Below, in pieces: positions 46,646-55,368 of a stretch of 64,000 nt of DNA. How positions within the stretch are numbered: the stretch's first letter is position 1; each line of letters opens with the position of its first letter. The stretch comes from an uncultured delta proteobacterium (lineage in GTDB: Bacteria; Myxococcota_A; Polyangia; Polyangiales; Polyangiaceae), in contig CAWJCS010000003.1 in assembly GCA_963841435.1 (NCBI GenBank), forward strand, positions 1,056,001 to 1,120,000, in the 5' to 3' direction. The notes below the pieces were generated by a model that was not told the origin of the DNA, did not search any database, and saw only the letters and a list, made by a program, of their open reading frames with translations. The translations under genes and the position numbers were made by a program.

Positions 46646-47724
46646 TGAACGCCGCCATCGCGGGGATCGGCGCCTGGTACCCGGAGCGGGTGCGCACGAA
46701 CGACGAGTGGCCCGCCGACTTCGCCGCGGCCTCCCGCAGCGCCGGAGACCGGCTTTTCAACGACATTCCGCGGTCGCCCGACGACGCGCTCCGGGTCACG
46801 GACCGCTACCTCGCGGCGGAAGCGCATGATCCCTTCCTCGGCGCGAAGGAGCGTCGCGTCGCCGACGACGCGACGAGCTCGGTCGATGCCGAGGTGCTCG
46901 CCGCGCGACGCGCGCTCGACGATGCCGGCGTTTCCGTCCGGGAGATCGACGTGGTCATCTCGTACTCGGTCGTTCCCGATCGCGTGACGCCGGCGTCGGC
47001 GTGCGCCGTCGCGAACCGCCTGGGAGTGCCGGGCGCGCTCGCATTCTCGATGGATGCTGCCTGCGCGACGGCGCTCGTCCAGATCCAGAACGCCAAAGCG
47101 CTCGTCGAGTCCGGCCAGGCGAAAGCGGTCCTGCTCACGCAATCGCACCTCTTGCTCCGCACCTTTCCCATGCTGCACCCGGCGGCTCCGGGGCTCGGCG
47201 ACGCTGCAACGGCGCTCGTCGTGAAGCGCGACGGTCGCTTCCCCATCCTCGGCGTTCTGGGTCGAACTCATGGCGAGTACTACCCGGCCGTGACCTGGGT
47301 GCGCGGCTCTACGCCCGAGGAGGACACGCCCTGGTGGCTCGCCGGGGGGCCGCTACGCGTAGGCAGCCGCGATCGAGAGCAAGCCAAGGTGCTGCAGAGA
47401 GACACCGTAGCCTACGGGGTCGAGACGCTGCGGGAGGTCGCCCGGGAGGCCCGCGTCGACCTCGAGAGGATCGACGTGCTCGCGAGCGTCCAGCCCCGGG
47501 GCTGGGTCCCCGTGGCCATGGCCGAGGTGCTGGGGCTCGACCCGGGGGTCGTCCCGAGCGTTTACGAGACCCGCGGCCACCTCGGTGCGTGCGGCCCGAT
47601 CGCGAACTTGGAGCTCTGGTACCGAACCCGGCGGACCGCGGGGTCTCGCGTCGGGGCCCTGTATGCTCAGGGCGCCGGTTTCACGCGGGCCGCCGTTCTT
47701 CTCGACCTCGCCTCAAGCGAGTGA
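46645..47724 (+). CDS. 3-oxoacyl-ACP synthase III-like (thiolase-fold) enzyme with an atypical active site
   Basis: TGATG coupling to the ThDP gene; MDAACATAL (Cys), GDAATA, SVQPRG, GHLGACGP, QGAGF. Confidence 0.85.
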   Translation: MNAAIAGIGAWYPERVRTNDEWPADFAAASRSAGDRLFNDIPRSPDDALRVTDRYLAAEAHDPFLGAKERRVADDATSSVDAEVLAARRALDDAGVSVREIDVVISYSVVPDRVTPASACAVANRLGVPGALAFSMDAACATALVQIQNAKALVESGQAKAVLLTQSHLLLRTFPMLHPAAPGLGDAATALVVKRDGRFPILGVLGRTHGEYYPAVTWVRGSTPEEDTPWWLAGGPLRVGSRDREQAKVLQRDTVAYGVETLREVAREARVDLERIDVLASVQPRGWVPVAMAEVLGLDPGVVPSVYETRGHLGACGPIANLELWYRTRRTAGSRVGALYAQGAGFTRAAVLLDLASSE

Positions 47725-47797
47725 CGACGAAACGGGGCCAGGGCGCTAACCTGGGCGCCCCGCGCTCCTTCCGAGCCGCGCGAGCATTCGTCGAGCC

Positions 47798-49354
47798 ATG
47801 GTCGCCCCGATCGACACCTTCGTGTACTTCACGACCGAGGAGGCCTTCCAAAGGCTCGGCGCGCCGTTCACGTTGCGTAGCGAGCTCGGCGGCGGACGCG
47901 TGGAGACGCGCTTGCTCGAGCGCGAGGTACCGGCCGGCGTAGCGCTGGCGCGGTCCACCGTCGGGTCCTCGCCACTCGGTGTCGTGGCGACGTCGGAACC
48001 GCAGGCTCTCGAGGCGATCGGGGCGGGCGCCGACGAGGCCGTCGTGCTGGCGGAGCCGCATCCCGCGGCCATCACGGCGTTCGTCGATCGCGTGCGCGTG
48101 CGTGCGTGGAACCGTCGGGAACGCGAGCAGCGAACGCAGGACTTGAGCCAGGCCGAACGCCTCGCGACGCTCGGAACGCTCGTCGCCGGAGTCGGGCACG
48201 AGCTCAACAATTCCCTCGCGATGATTGCGCTCGGCTTCGACCTCTTGCGCGACGCCCTCTTGCCCGACCTCAACGTGATCTGGACGGCACGCGGGCGCAT
48301 TCTCGGCTCGGGCGAGCTGACGCCAGACGCCGCGAAGGAGCTCGCCGGCGCGCTGCGCGGCGACGGCGTCGCCGTCACCCAGATCCTGGACGATCTCAGC
48401 GTCTCGACCAAAGCCGTGACGCAGGTCGTGCGCGATCTCCGGACGTTCGGCGGAGGCAACGTCGTCGAGGGGCCGTCCCTCTTCCAGCCTCGCGAGGTGA
48501 TTCAGCAGGCCTTGCGCCTGGTGCGCCGCGAGCTGCCCCCGAAGACCGTGCTCGAAGAGGACTACGACGACGACCTTCCCACGCTCTACCTGCCGCGAAA
48601 CCGACTGGCACAGGTGCTCACGAACCTGCTCGTGAACGCCGGGCAGGCGCTGCGCGAGGTCACCCGCGAGATCCATCGCGTGCGCGTCGGAGCGCGCCGG
48701 GACGAGCAATCGCTCGCCATCTCCGTCACGGACACGGGCCCGGGCATCGACGACGAAGCCCTGGAACGCATATTCGATCCCTTCTTCACGACCAAGCGCG
48801 AGGGCCAGGGTCTCGGGCTTTCGATCTCTCGCTCGATCATCCAGCAGATGGGCGGCGACCTCGTCGCGTCGTTGACGTTGGGCGAAGGAGCGAGCTTCGT
48901 GTGCTTCCTGCCACTGCCGAACGATGCCGATCTGCAGAAGGCAAAGCATTCGCTTCGGGGCACGTGGCTTGGGGGCCCGAGCGAAGCACGTCGGTCGGTG
49001 CTCATCATCGACGACGACGAGCGTGTGCTACGGGCCACGGCGCGTGCCCTGAGCGAGCAGTGCAAGGTGCTCGTGGCTCGCGACGGCGAAGAGGCACGCC
49101 AACTCTTGAAATCCGGCTCCCACGTTAACGCGATCGTGATGGAGCTCGTCTTGCCGGAGCTCGACGCCATCGCCTTTTGCGACTGGCTCGTCACGTTCGA
49201 CGCCGACCTCGCCCGCCGCGTCGTGATCGCCACCGCCGCCCACGAGCGCCCCCAGCACCGCGCCTTCCTGGAGGAGCGGGCAGCGCTCGTGCTGCACAAG
49301 CCCTTCCACCGCGAGGACTTGCTGGCCGCCGTCGCGCGCGTCACCGGCGGCTGA
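47798..49354 (+). CDS. Cytoplasmic hybrid histidine kinase with an atypical receiver
   Basis: GHELNN, QVLTNLLVNA, DTGPGI, FDPFFTTK, GLGL; receiver LIIDDD...IVMELVLP...KPF. Confidence 0.88.
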   Translation: MVAPIDTFVYFTTEEAFQRLGAPFTLRSELGGGRVETRLLEREVPAGVALARSTVGSSPLGVVATSEPQALEAIGAGADEAVVLAEPHPAAITAFVDRVRVRAWNRREREQRTQDLSQAERLATLGTLVAGVGHELNNSLAMIALGFDLLRDALLPDLNVIWTARGRILGSGELTPDAAKELAGALRGDGVAVTQILDDLSVSTKAVTQVVRDLRTFGGGNVVEGPSLFQPREVIQQALRLVRRELPPKTVLEEDYDDDLPTLYLPRNRLAQVLTNLLVNAGQALREVTREIHRVRVGARRDEQSLAISVTDTGPGIDDEALERIFDPFFTTKREGQGLGLSISRSIIQQMGGDLVASLTLGEGASFVCFLPLPNDADLQKAKHSLRGTWLGGPSEARRSVLIIDDDERVLRATARALSEQCKVLVARDGEEARQLLKSGSHVNAIVMELVLPELDAIAFCDWLVTFDADLARRVVIATAAHERPQHRAFLEERAALVLHKPFHREDLLAAVARVTGG

Positions 49355-49397
49355 CGACGCCGACGATGCCGCGTGCGGCACCCGCGTCCACCCGAAC

Positions 49398-50082
49398 CTA
49401 CTTCGCGCTCGGTGCGCACGCTTGGCGGGCGCGACCCTCTTGCAACGAGCCCGGCGACAGCCGAGAAAGCTCGCTCTGGGCCTCGGCGGTGCGACCCATG
49501 CCGCAGAGCGCATGGATCTTCGCGGCGACGCGCTCTTGCACGAGAGTCCCATGGGGAAACTCTCGCTCGTGCTCGGCGAGCAGGCGAAGCGCTCCCGCGA
49601 AGCGACCGGCGTGGAGCTCCGTCTCCGCACGCGACAGGATCGCGACTTCCTCGGCAAGCCGATTCGGACGGGCGGCGCGGAGCGACGGTGCGCTCGGGCT
49701 CGGGAGCGGCAGGAGACGGAGCGTGCTCCGGGAGCGCCTGCGCGGCCGGAGCCGGCGGCTCCTCGACGACCGGCGCGACCGGTGGGGGCGCCGTCGCGAC
49801 GCTCGGCTGCGCGGCCGCGGGCACGGGCCGCGTCGGCCGTTCGCGCGTTCGCTCGAACAGCACGGCACCGCCCACGGCGAGGCCGACGACGATCAGCGAA
49901 ATCGTGGACCACCCGACGCCGGCGCTCGGCGCGGCCGGGGCCGGTGCCCCCGTGGGGAGGTCGCCGGCGGCGATGCGCCCGCTGAGCTCACGGAACACGC
50001 GCTCGCGATCCGCGACCGTCGGACGCAGTCCCTTTCGACCCGCTCTGACGAGCGCTGCTGCCTCGGGACCGAGCTCGTTCAC
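49398..50082 (-). CDS. Single-TM anti-sigma-like protein with a Pro-rich linker and C-terminal TPR-like helices, frameshift at ~49663
   Basis: Coupled to the ECF stop; removing one T at 49663-49664 gives PRRPSDRLAEEVAILSRAE...HEREFPHGTLVQER...ALC. Confidence 0.7.
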
Positions 50083-50657
50083 GGGCGACCTCCGGCGTCA
50101 CGGCTGGCGCTGCGCGCGAGCTCCTCCCCGAAGGCGATCCTTGCGGCCCGCAGTCGCGAGTAAGCGGTATTGAGCGGGATCTCGAGCGCCTCCGCAATCT
50201 CGGGAACGGTCATCTCCTCCAGCTCGGCCAGCATGAAGACCTCCCGCTTCGGAAAGTCGATCTTCTCGAGCAGGGCGAACAGCACCTTGATCTCGTCGCT
50301 TTGCTCCGTGAGATCGTGTGGGGTCGGCGGCGCACGGTGTCGCACCCCTGCTTCGACCGCCAAGGCCTCACCGCCGGCGTGCCTGCTGCGCTGCGACCGA
50401 TGGTGATCGCTCACGGTGCGCCGGACGACGCCGTAGATCCAGCTTCGGAGCGAGCTCGGTTGCCTGAGCGTTTCGACCTTCGCGTGGATCACCAAGAATA
50501 TCTCCTGAACGACATCATCCATCGACGACGCGCTCACACCGAGGCGCCGTGCCGAGGCCCAAACGAAATCGAAGTGCTGTTGGTAGATGGCTTCGAACGT
50601 TGGGACTTCTTCGATTGCCACGACCCGGGCGTGCTCCACCTGGTTCGGCGGCCCCAT
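50079..50657 (-). CDS. ECF RNA polymerase sigma factor
   Basis: FEAIYQQHFDFVW, DDVVQEIFLV, LRSWIYGV, EIAEALEIPLNTAYSRLRAAR. Confidence 0.92.
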   Translation of the reverse strand: MGPPNQVEHARVVAIEEVPTFEAIYQQHFDFVWASARRLGVSASSMDDVVQEIFLVIHAKVETLRQPSSLRSWIYGVVRRTVSDHHRSQRSRHAGGEALAVEAGVRHRAPPTPHDLTEQSDEIKVLFALLEKIDFPKREVFMLAELEEMTVPEIAEALEIPLNTAYSRLRAARIAFGEELARSASRDAGGRP

Positions 50658-50727
50658 GGCACGAGCCGCAGCGCTCCGTCCTAACATCGTCGGTCCCAAA
50701 GGCAGTGGCGCCACGCGCGGGTGTCCG

Positions 50728-51810
50728 TCAAAAAATCCACTCCGAGGCGAGCCCGAACGACCCCCAGACCCGCCCAAGTTGACGAATTTCCCCGAAGTCT
50801 TCGATGATCAGGCGCGGCCGGGAGGTTTCCAATCCGACCGAAGCCGTGCCGACCAAGGCGAGCCAATCGCGTAGGTAAACGTGCGACACCGCACCGCTGC
50901 CGACCACGACCGAAACCCGTTGCGCCGAGCGGGCAGCGACCGTGGCTCCGACGCCACGAGCAGTAAAGCGATCGAGCCCCAAGCCGACGCACGGCCCGAT
51001 CTCGAGCCACGACGCTTGCCACTGACGACACGCCGAGAGCTCCGCCGTCATACGGCCGACGTGCGCGCCAACATCGGGGACCTCGCGCGACCAAAGGGTT
51101 TCCGCCTTGAAGATTCGACCCAGCGCGACGAAGCGCCAAGCCTCGAAGCGCACGCCGAGACCCGCGCCGAGCCCGAACCCGGCCTTCGGCAGCGGACCCA
51201 CGTTGACCGTTCCGAACGGTGCGCGAAGGATGGCCTGGAGCCTGCCCCCATCGGGTACTTCACGCTTCGTCTTGGTGTCGGCACGCTCGTTCTTGCTCGG
51301 AACGACGTCGGGCGCCGTCGCGGCGCGCGGAGGCTCCTCGGGGGCGACGGTTTCGTCCTTCCCCGGCTCGTTGGCATGCTCCGAGGAGGATGCGGCCTCC
51401 GCTTCCTTCGTTGACGCCCCTTTCCCCGGCTCGCTCCGAAGCAACAAGCCGAGGGCAACGGCAGCAGCCCCTGCGAGGTCCGCGCACGAGTCGGAATCGA
51501 TCACGCGCGTTCGAACGCTGCTCCCGTCGCGCACGGTCAGCGTGAGACGATAGCGATCGTCTTTCTTTACCACCTGCCCCTCGGCATGAAGCTCGCCTGC
51601 GGCCCGCAGCGACTCGCCGGCGAGCGAGCGAATGCGCTCACGCACGGCATCCTGCTGGGGACAGACCGGCGGCGCGTCCCAGGCAAGGTCCAGTGGCCCC
51701 TGGGCCATGACGCGCGCAGGCAGAAGCACCGCCGCGAGCCCCCACGCGACGATGCCGAGCAAGCGCCCGTCGCGGCTGCGTCGGTCAGGGAGCGGCACGG
51801 ATCGAAACAT
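50728..51810 (-). CDS. Secreted / outer-membrane protein with a probable C-terminal beta-barrel
   Basis: Signal peptide, WDAPPVCP...DSCADLA N-domain, Pro/charged linker, amphipathic Gly-rich strands ending in WIF; start uncertain. Confidence 0.65.
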   Translation of the reverse strand: MFRSVPLPDRRSRDGRLLGIVAWGLAAVLLPARVMAQGPLDLAWDAPPVCPQQDAVRERIRSLAGESLRAAGELHAEGQVVKKDDRYRLTLTVRDGSSVRTRVIDSDSCADLAGAAAVALGLLLRSEPGKGASTKEAEAASSSEHANEPGKDETVAPEEPPRAATAPDVVPSKNERADTKTKREVPDGGRLQAILRAPFGTVNVGPLPKAGFGLGAGLGVRFEAWRFVALGRIFKAETLWSREVPDVGAHVGRMTAELSACRQWQASWLEIGPCVGLGLDRFTARGVGATVAARSAQRVSVVVGSGAVSHVYLRDWLALVGTASVGLETSRPRLIIEDFGEIRQLGRVWGSFGLASEWIF

Positions 51811-52567
51811 CGTCCACGTAAACGGTGGTGGCGGGCGGCGTGAGCGCATTCGCCAGGTTCCCGACGTACCAAAGTTCCGGCTCGGGAACGTCCGTGATGA
51901 TCCCCCGTGCTTCGAGCACCAGCTGCCCGTCCTGGTAGAGCGCGACCTCACCGCTCGCGTCCAGCGAGCGCAACCAGTGAAATTCGAGGTGAAACCACGA
52001 GCCGATCGGGATTTCGGGTGCGGTCAGCGACGCGCGGACCATCGAGCGCAAGAAGTCGAACACGTAGAGGGCGAGCCCACCGCCGTCCGTGTTTCCGAGC
52101 GAGACGTCCCAGAGCTTTTGCTGGGGGCTCCGAAAGTGCATGAGGTTCCAGTTGTCCGCGTTCGTCGCCGCCGCAGGCACGTAGTACCAGGCGCCGTAGA
52201 CACCGTCGTCGGGCAGCGCGCCCTCTCGCACGCAACGCGCCTGCAGGCCGTCGAGCTCAACGTCGGAGGTGACCGAGAAGGCGGCCGCGCGTTTCCCGGA
52301 ATGGACGGGCGCGGTGACGATGTCGAAGCCGGCTCCCGGATTGGCGACGCAAAAGCCATTGACGCGGGCGTAGTCACAGAAGCCGCCCTCGAAGCCGGTC
52401 GTCCAGGGAACGGGCACCGGATCGGTGGCTGGTGCCGCGACATCGGCGCCAGCGTCCGGAACGCCCAGGGCGGACCCACAGTTCCACTTTCCGACCGTAA
52501 GGTCCGGGTCGCAGGCCGCCGAGAGGCAGGCGAGCAGCAAGCCCAAGGGGCACCCGATAACCCGCAC
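51785..52567 (-). CDS. Lipoprotein with a jelly-roll (polysaccharide lyase/LamG-like) domain
   Basis: LSAAC signal; WTTGFEGG, PVHSGKRA, YGAWYYVP, WFHLEFHW, GEVALYQDG, VYVDDV. Confidence 0.6.
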   Translation of the reverse strand: MRVIGCPLGLLLACLSAACDPDLTVGKWNCGSALGVPDAGADVAAPATDPVPVPWTTGFEGGFCDYARVNGFCVANPGAGFDIVTAPVHSGKRAAAFSVTSDVELDGLQARCVREGALPDDGVYGAWYYVPAAATNADNWNLMHFRSPQQKLWDVSLGNTDGGGLALYVFDFLRSMVRASLTAPEIPIGSWFHLEFHWLRSLDASGEVALYQDGQLVLEARGIITDVPEPELWYVGNLANALTPPATTVYVDDVSIRAAP

Positions 52568-52856
52568 AGGGGGCGGGCGGACGCCCGGTGGGCGCCGGCG
52601 ATGGCCGGGCGCCAGCCGGGGGTCGAGACTCGCCGACACGCCGCCCGAGTCTCCATGCACGACCTCGCCTTGTCACTCTCCCCAAAATGGCGCAAGCGAA
52701 CAGCAAAAGGCCGCCCGATCCGGGACAGGCTTAACGGAAATGGGAGCGCCAGCCCACTGCTTTTCGCATGGCTCCGTCCGAAAGCACCTCGAGAACGTCC
52801 CGTTTCTCGCCGGGGGGAACACCGCGGCCGCTCCGCGGGCGAGGGCCAGCCCCACG

Positions 52857-53504
52857 ATGAACGCCCCCGCGCTACCGGGCCCACTTGCGCCAGAACATGA
52901 CCCATGGCCGAGCTGCGCTCAATCAAAGGAAAGCCTGTGCGCGCGGTACGCGCCGCGCGTCACGCGCCTGCTGCGCCACGCGCTCGGACGCGATTCCGAG
53001 CACGAGGACCTGCTTCACGAGATCTTGATCGTCGTCTTCACTCGCGTCGATACGGTTCGTGATCCCGGCTGTATGGACAGTTGGGTAAACCAGGTGGCCC
53101 TTACGACCATCCACAGCACGCTGCGCCGCCGCTACACCCGCCCGTTCGCCGCGCCCGACGCCGAGCTCGACCTCCCGGCGCGCCCCGTCGATGGGGACGC
53201 GAGTCTGGTCGCGGCGCACGCGCTCGATGCCATCGGACGCCTGCGGGAGGCGGATCGTCAGCTCCTCGAGCGACGGTGGTTCCGCCCCGGTACCATCGCT
53301 GCTCTCGCCTCGCAGTATGGCTGCTCCGCCATGACATTGCGCCGTCGCTTGCGGCGCGCCGAAGCTCGTTTCGTCCGTCTCGCCGCGCGCGACCCCCTGC
53401 TCCGAGCGCGACTCGAAAGCTCTAAGCTCGTGAGGACCACCGCCCGCACCCCGGCCAAGCTGGAAAGAGCCGGGAACCGCGCCGGCCGAGCGCCCCTGAG
53501 ATAG
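52857..53504 (+). CDS. ECF-like sigma-70 factor
   Basis: RYAPRVTRLL, EDLLHEILIVVF, VRDPG...WV, C-terminal HTH (IAALASQYGCSAMTLRRRLRRAEARF). Confidence 0.75.
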   Translation: MNAPALPGPLAPEHDPWPSCAQSKESLCARYAPRVTRLLRHALGRDSEHEDLLHEILIVVFTRVDTVRDPGCMDSWVNQVALTTIHSTLRRRYTRPFAAPDAELDLPARPVDGDASLVAAHALDAIGRLREADRQLLERRWFRPGTIAALASQYGCSAMTLRRRLRRAEARFVRLAARDPLLRARLESSKLVRTTARTPAKLERAGNRAGRAPLR

Positions 53505-53751
53505 GGCGGCCGGCAGCCGGGCGCCTCACGACCGATCCAAGGACCGGGCGCCTGGCCGGCCGACCGCCGGCGGCCGCTTTTGCACACGGGGTCCAGGGCG
53601 ACTTTACGCCTCGACTTGGCATGAAATGGGCCGATCGGCCCATTGACCGGCGCGGCTCTCGAAGGGCTCCATCTACTGCCGACATGGGCTTCGACCATCA
53701 GCCGCCACAAAAGAAAGACAACAAAACGGGCCCCAACGACAGGAGCCCATC

Positions 53752-54897
53752 ATGAGCCAACCGCGCGTGCTCGTCGTGCTGGGGACCGCCGACGTGTGGT
53801 CCCGCGGAATCCTTCGGGGTTTTACCGCCGTCGCTCGCGAGAGCGGCTGGGGGTTGCTCCACTACCATCCGTCCGCCGACCTCGCCTGGTTGGCGAGGGA
53901 ATGGGACCCGTCGATCGCCGTGCTCGGCCCAGACGCGGCGGGTGTCGTCCCGCACCTGCGCTGTCCGATGATTTCGGTCAACGCGGACCGCGTCCGCGAG
54001 CAAGCAGCCTGCGTTCTGCCCGACGAACAACGGATTGGCGAGCTGGCTCTTCGGCACTTCGTTGCTCGCGGGCTGGAGCACGTGACGACATTTCGCTTCG
54101 ATCAATCAGCGTTCGCCATTGCTCGCGAGCGCGCGTTCGAAGGGTGCGCGAGACAGGCAGGGGCCCAGCTTGCCACCCCCCATCGACCCGGACCTTCGGA
54201 GCCACATTCCACCGAAGACCGAGCCGAGATGGTCAGCTGGCTTCGAGCCTTGCCACGTCCCTGCGGCATCTTCACCTGCTGCGATTCGTGGGGGCGTGTC
54301 GTTGCGCGCTATGCCATGGCGGCCGGCCTGCGCGTCCCCGAGGACATTGCCCTCGTCGGGGCCGACAACGACATCGTCGAATGCGAGCTCATCGCCCCGC
54401 CGCTCTCCAGCGTCGCCATCCCATGGCGCACTCTCGGCGAGGAAGCGGCGAGGCTCGTCGCGCTCGCCCTGGCAGGGACGGACATTGCGGGCAGACGCGT
54501 CATCGTGCCGCCTGTGGACGTGGTGGCGCGCCGCTCGTCGGACGTTCTGGCGATCGACGATCCCGTCGTCGCCGACGCGGTGGCGTGGATTGGCTCGCAC
54601 GCCACGGGGCGCTTGCGGGTGCCGATGGTGGCGCGGGCCGCGGCGTGCAGCCGCCAGCGGCTGGAGCGCGGGTTTCGCGCAGCCCTCGGCCGGACCATTC
54701 GCGAGGAGATCCAGCGCGTCCGCGTCGAATCCGCGAAGACCATCCTCCGCGCCACGACGCTGGATCTGAAGGACGTCGCGAGGCAGACCGGCTTTACGAC
54801 CGCGGCACTGCTGAACGAGGCCTTTCGGCGCGAGCTCGAGATGACGCCCGGCGTCTACCGGCGCCGGATGAGGGCCGCCATCGACGCGGAAGCCTGA
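53752..54897 (+). CDS. xylR: XylR-type regulator (LacI-like sensor plus AraC HTH)
   Basis: RGILRG, LPRPCGIF, VPEDIALVGADND, PPLSSV, RRSSD, LERGFR...VARQTGF...MTPGVYR; AGGAG RBS. Confidence 0.85.
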   Translation: MSQPRVLVVLGTADVWSRGILRGFTAVARESGWGLLHYHPSADLAWLAREWDPSIAVLGPDAAGVVPHLRCPMISVNADRVREQAACVLPDEQRIGELALRHFVARGLEHVTTFRFDQSAFAIARERAFEGCARQAGAQLATPHRPGPSEPHSTEDRAEMVSWLRALPRPCGIFTCCDSWGRVVARYAMAAGLRVPEDIALVGADNDIVECELIAPPLSSVAIPWRTLGEEAARLVALALAGTDIAGRRVIVPPVDVVARRSSDVLAIDDPVVADAVAWIGSHATGRLRVPMVARAAACSRQRLERGFRAALGRTIREEIQRVRVESAKTILRATTLDLKDVARQTGFTTAALLNEAFRRELEMTPGVYRRRMRAAIDAEA

Positions 54898-55368
54898 CGA
54901 GCGAGGCGGCGGCACGCGGGCCCGTCGCTTGAGGCGACACAGCTTCCTTCCGTCGCGAAAAGAAAGATCCAAGCGCCAGCGCGCTATGCCGCATGGCCGG
55001 CTACGCCGGGCGTGCTCGGCGATTTAGCGGGCTTTTCGCCGATCTTTGCTCGCGGGCCGACGAATTCGAAATGGGGACTGCGCGCTGGCGCATGTAGGGG
55101 GCGAGTCCGTGTCCGGATCCCGCGAACCGCACGACAGCACCACGAGCACCACCGAATGCGACTGCTTGGCCACCCGAAGCGCTCGATATACGCCAGCTTT
55201 CCCCAGCTCTTGCTCGCCGGCCGGGCCAGCGCCGGTCAGGGTCGAGCGTCCGCCGGCCGCCGGCTCGACCCGAACGATAGCGGGGACTCGGGCACCGGCG
55301 GGGGCGCGGGCTCGCACGGCGACGCGCGCTCGGAATGTTTTGGCCGGTTGGGGCCGAAGGAGGCAAGC

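Noticed and set aside
53617-53632. Possible sigma54 promoter upstream of xylR (TGGCATGAAATGGGC)
   Set aside because: GG/GC spacing fits but the conserved TTGC is absent; too weak to call
55012-55368. N-terminal extension of the PL3 ORF
   Set aside because: A strong AAGGAGG RBS and signal peptide place the start at 55369; upstream is probably regulatory, but I could not define a XylR operator
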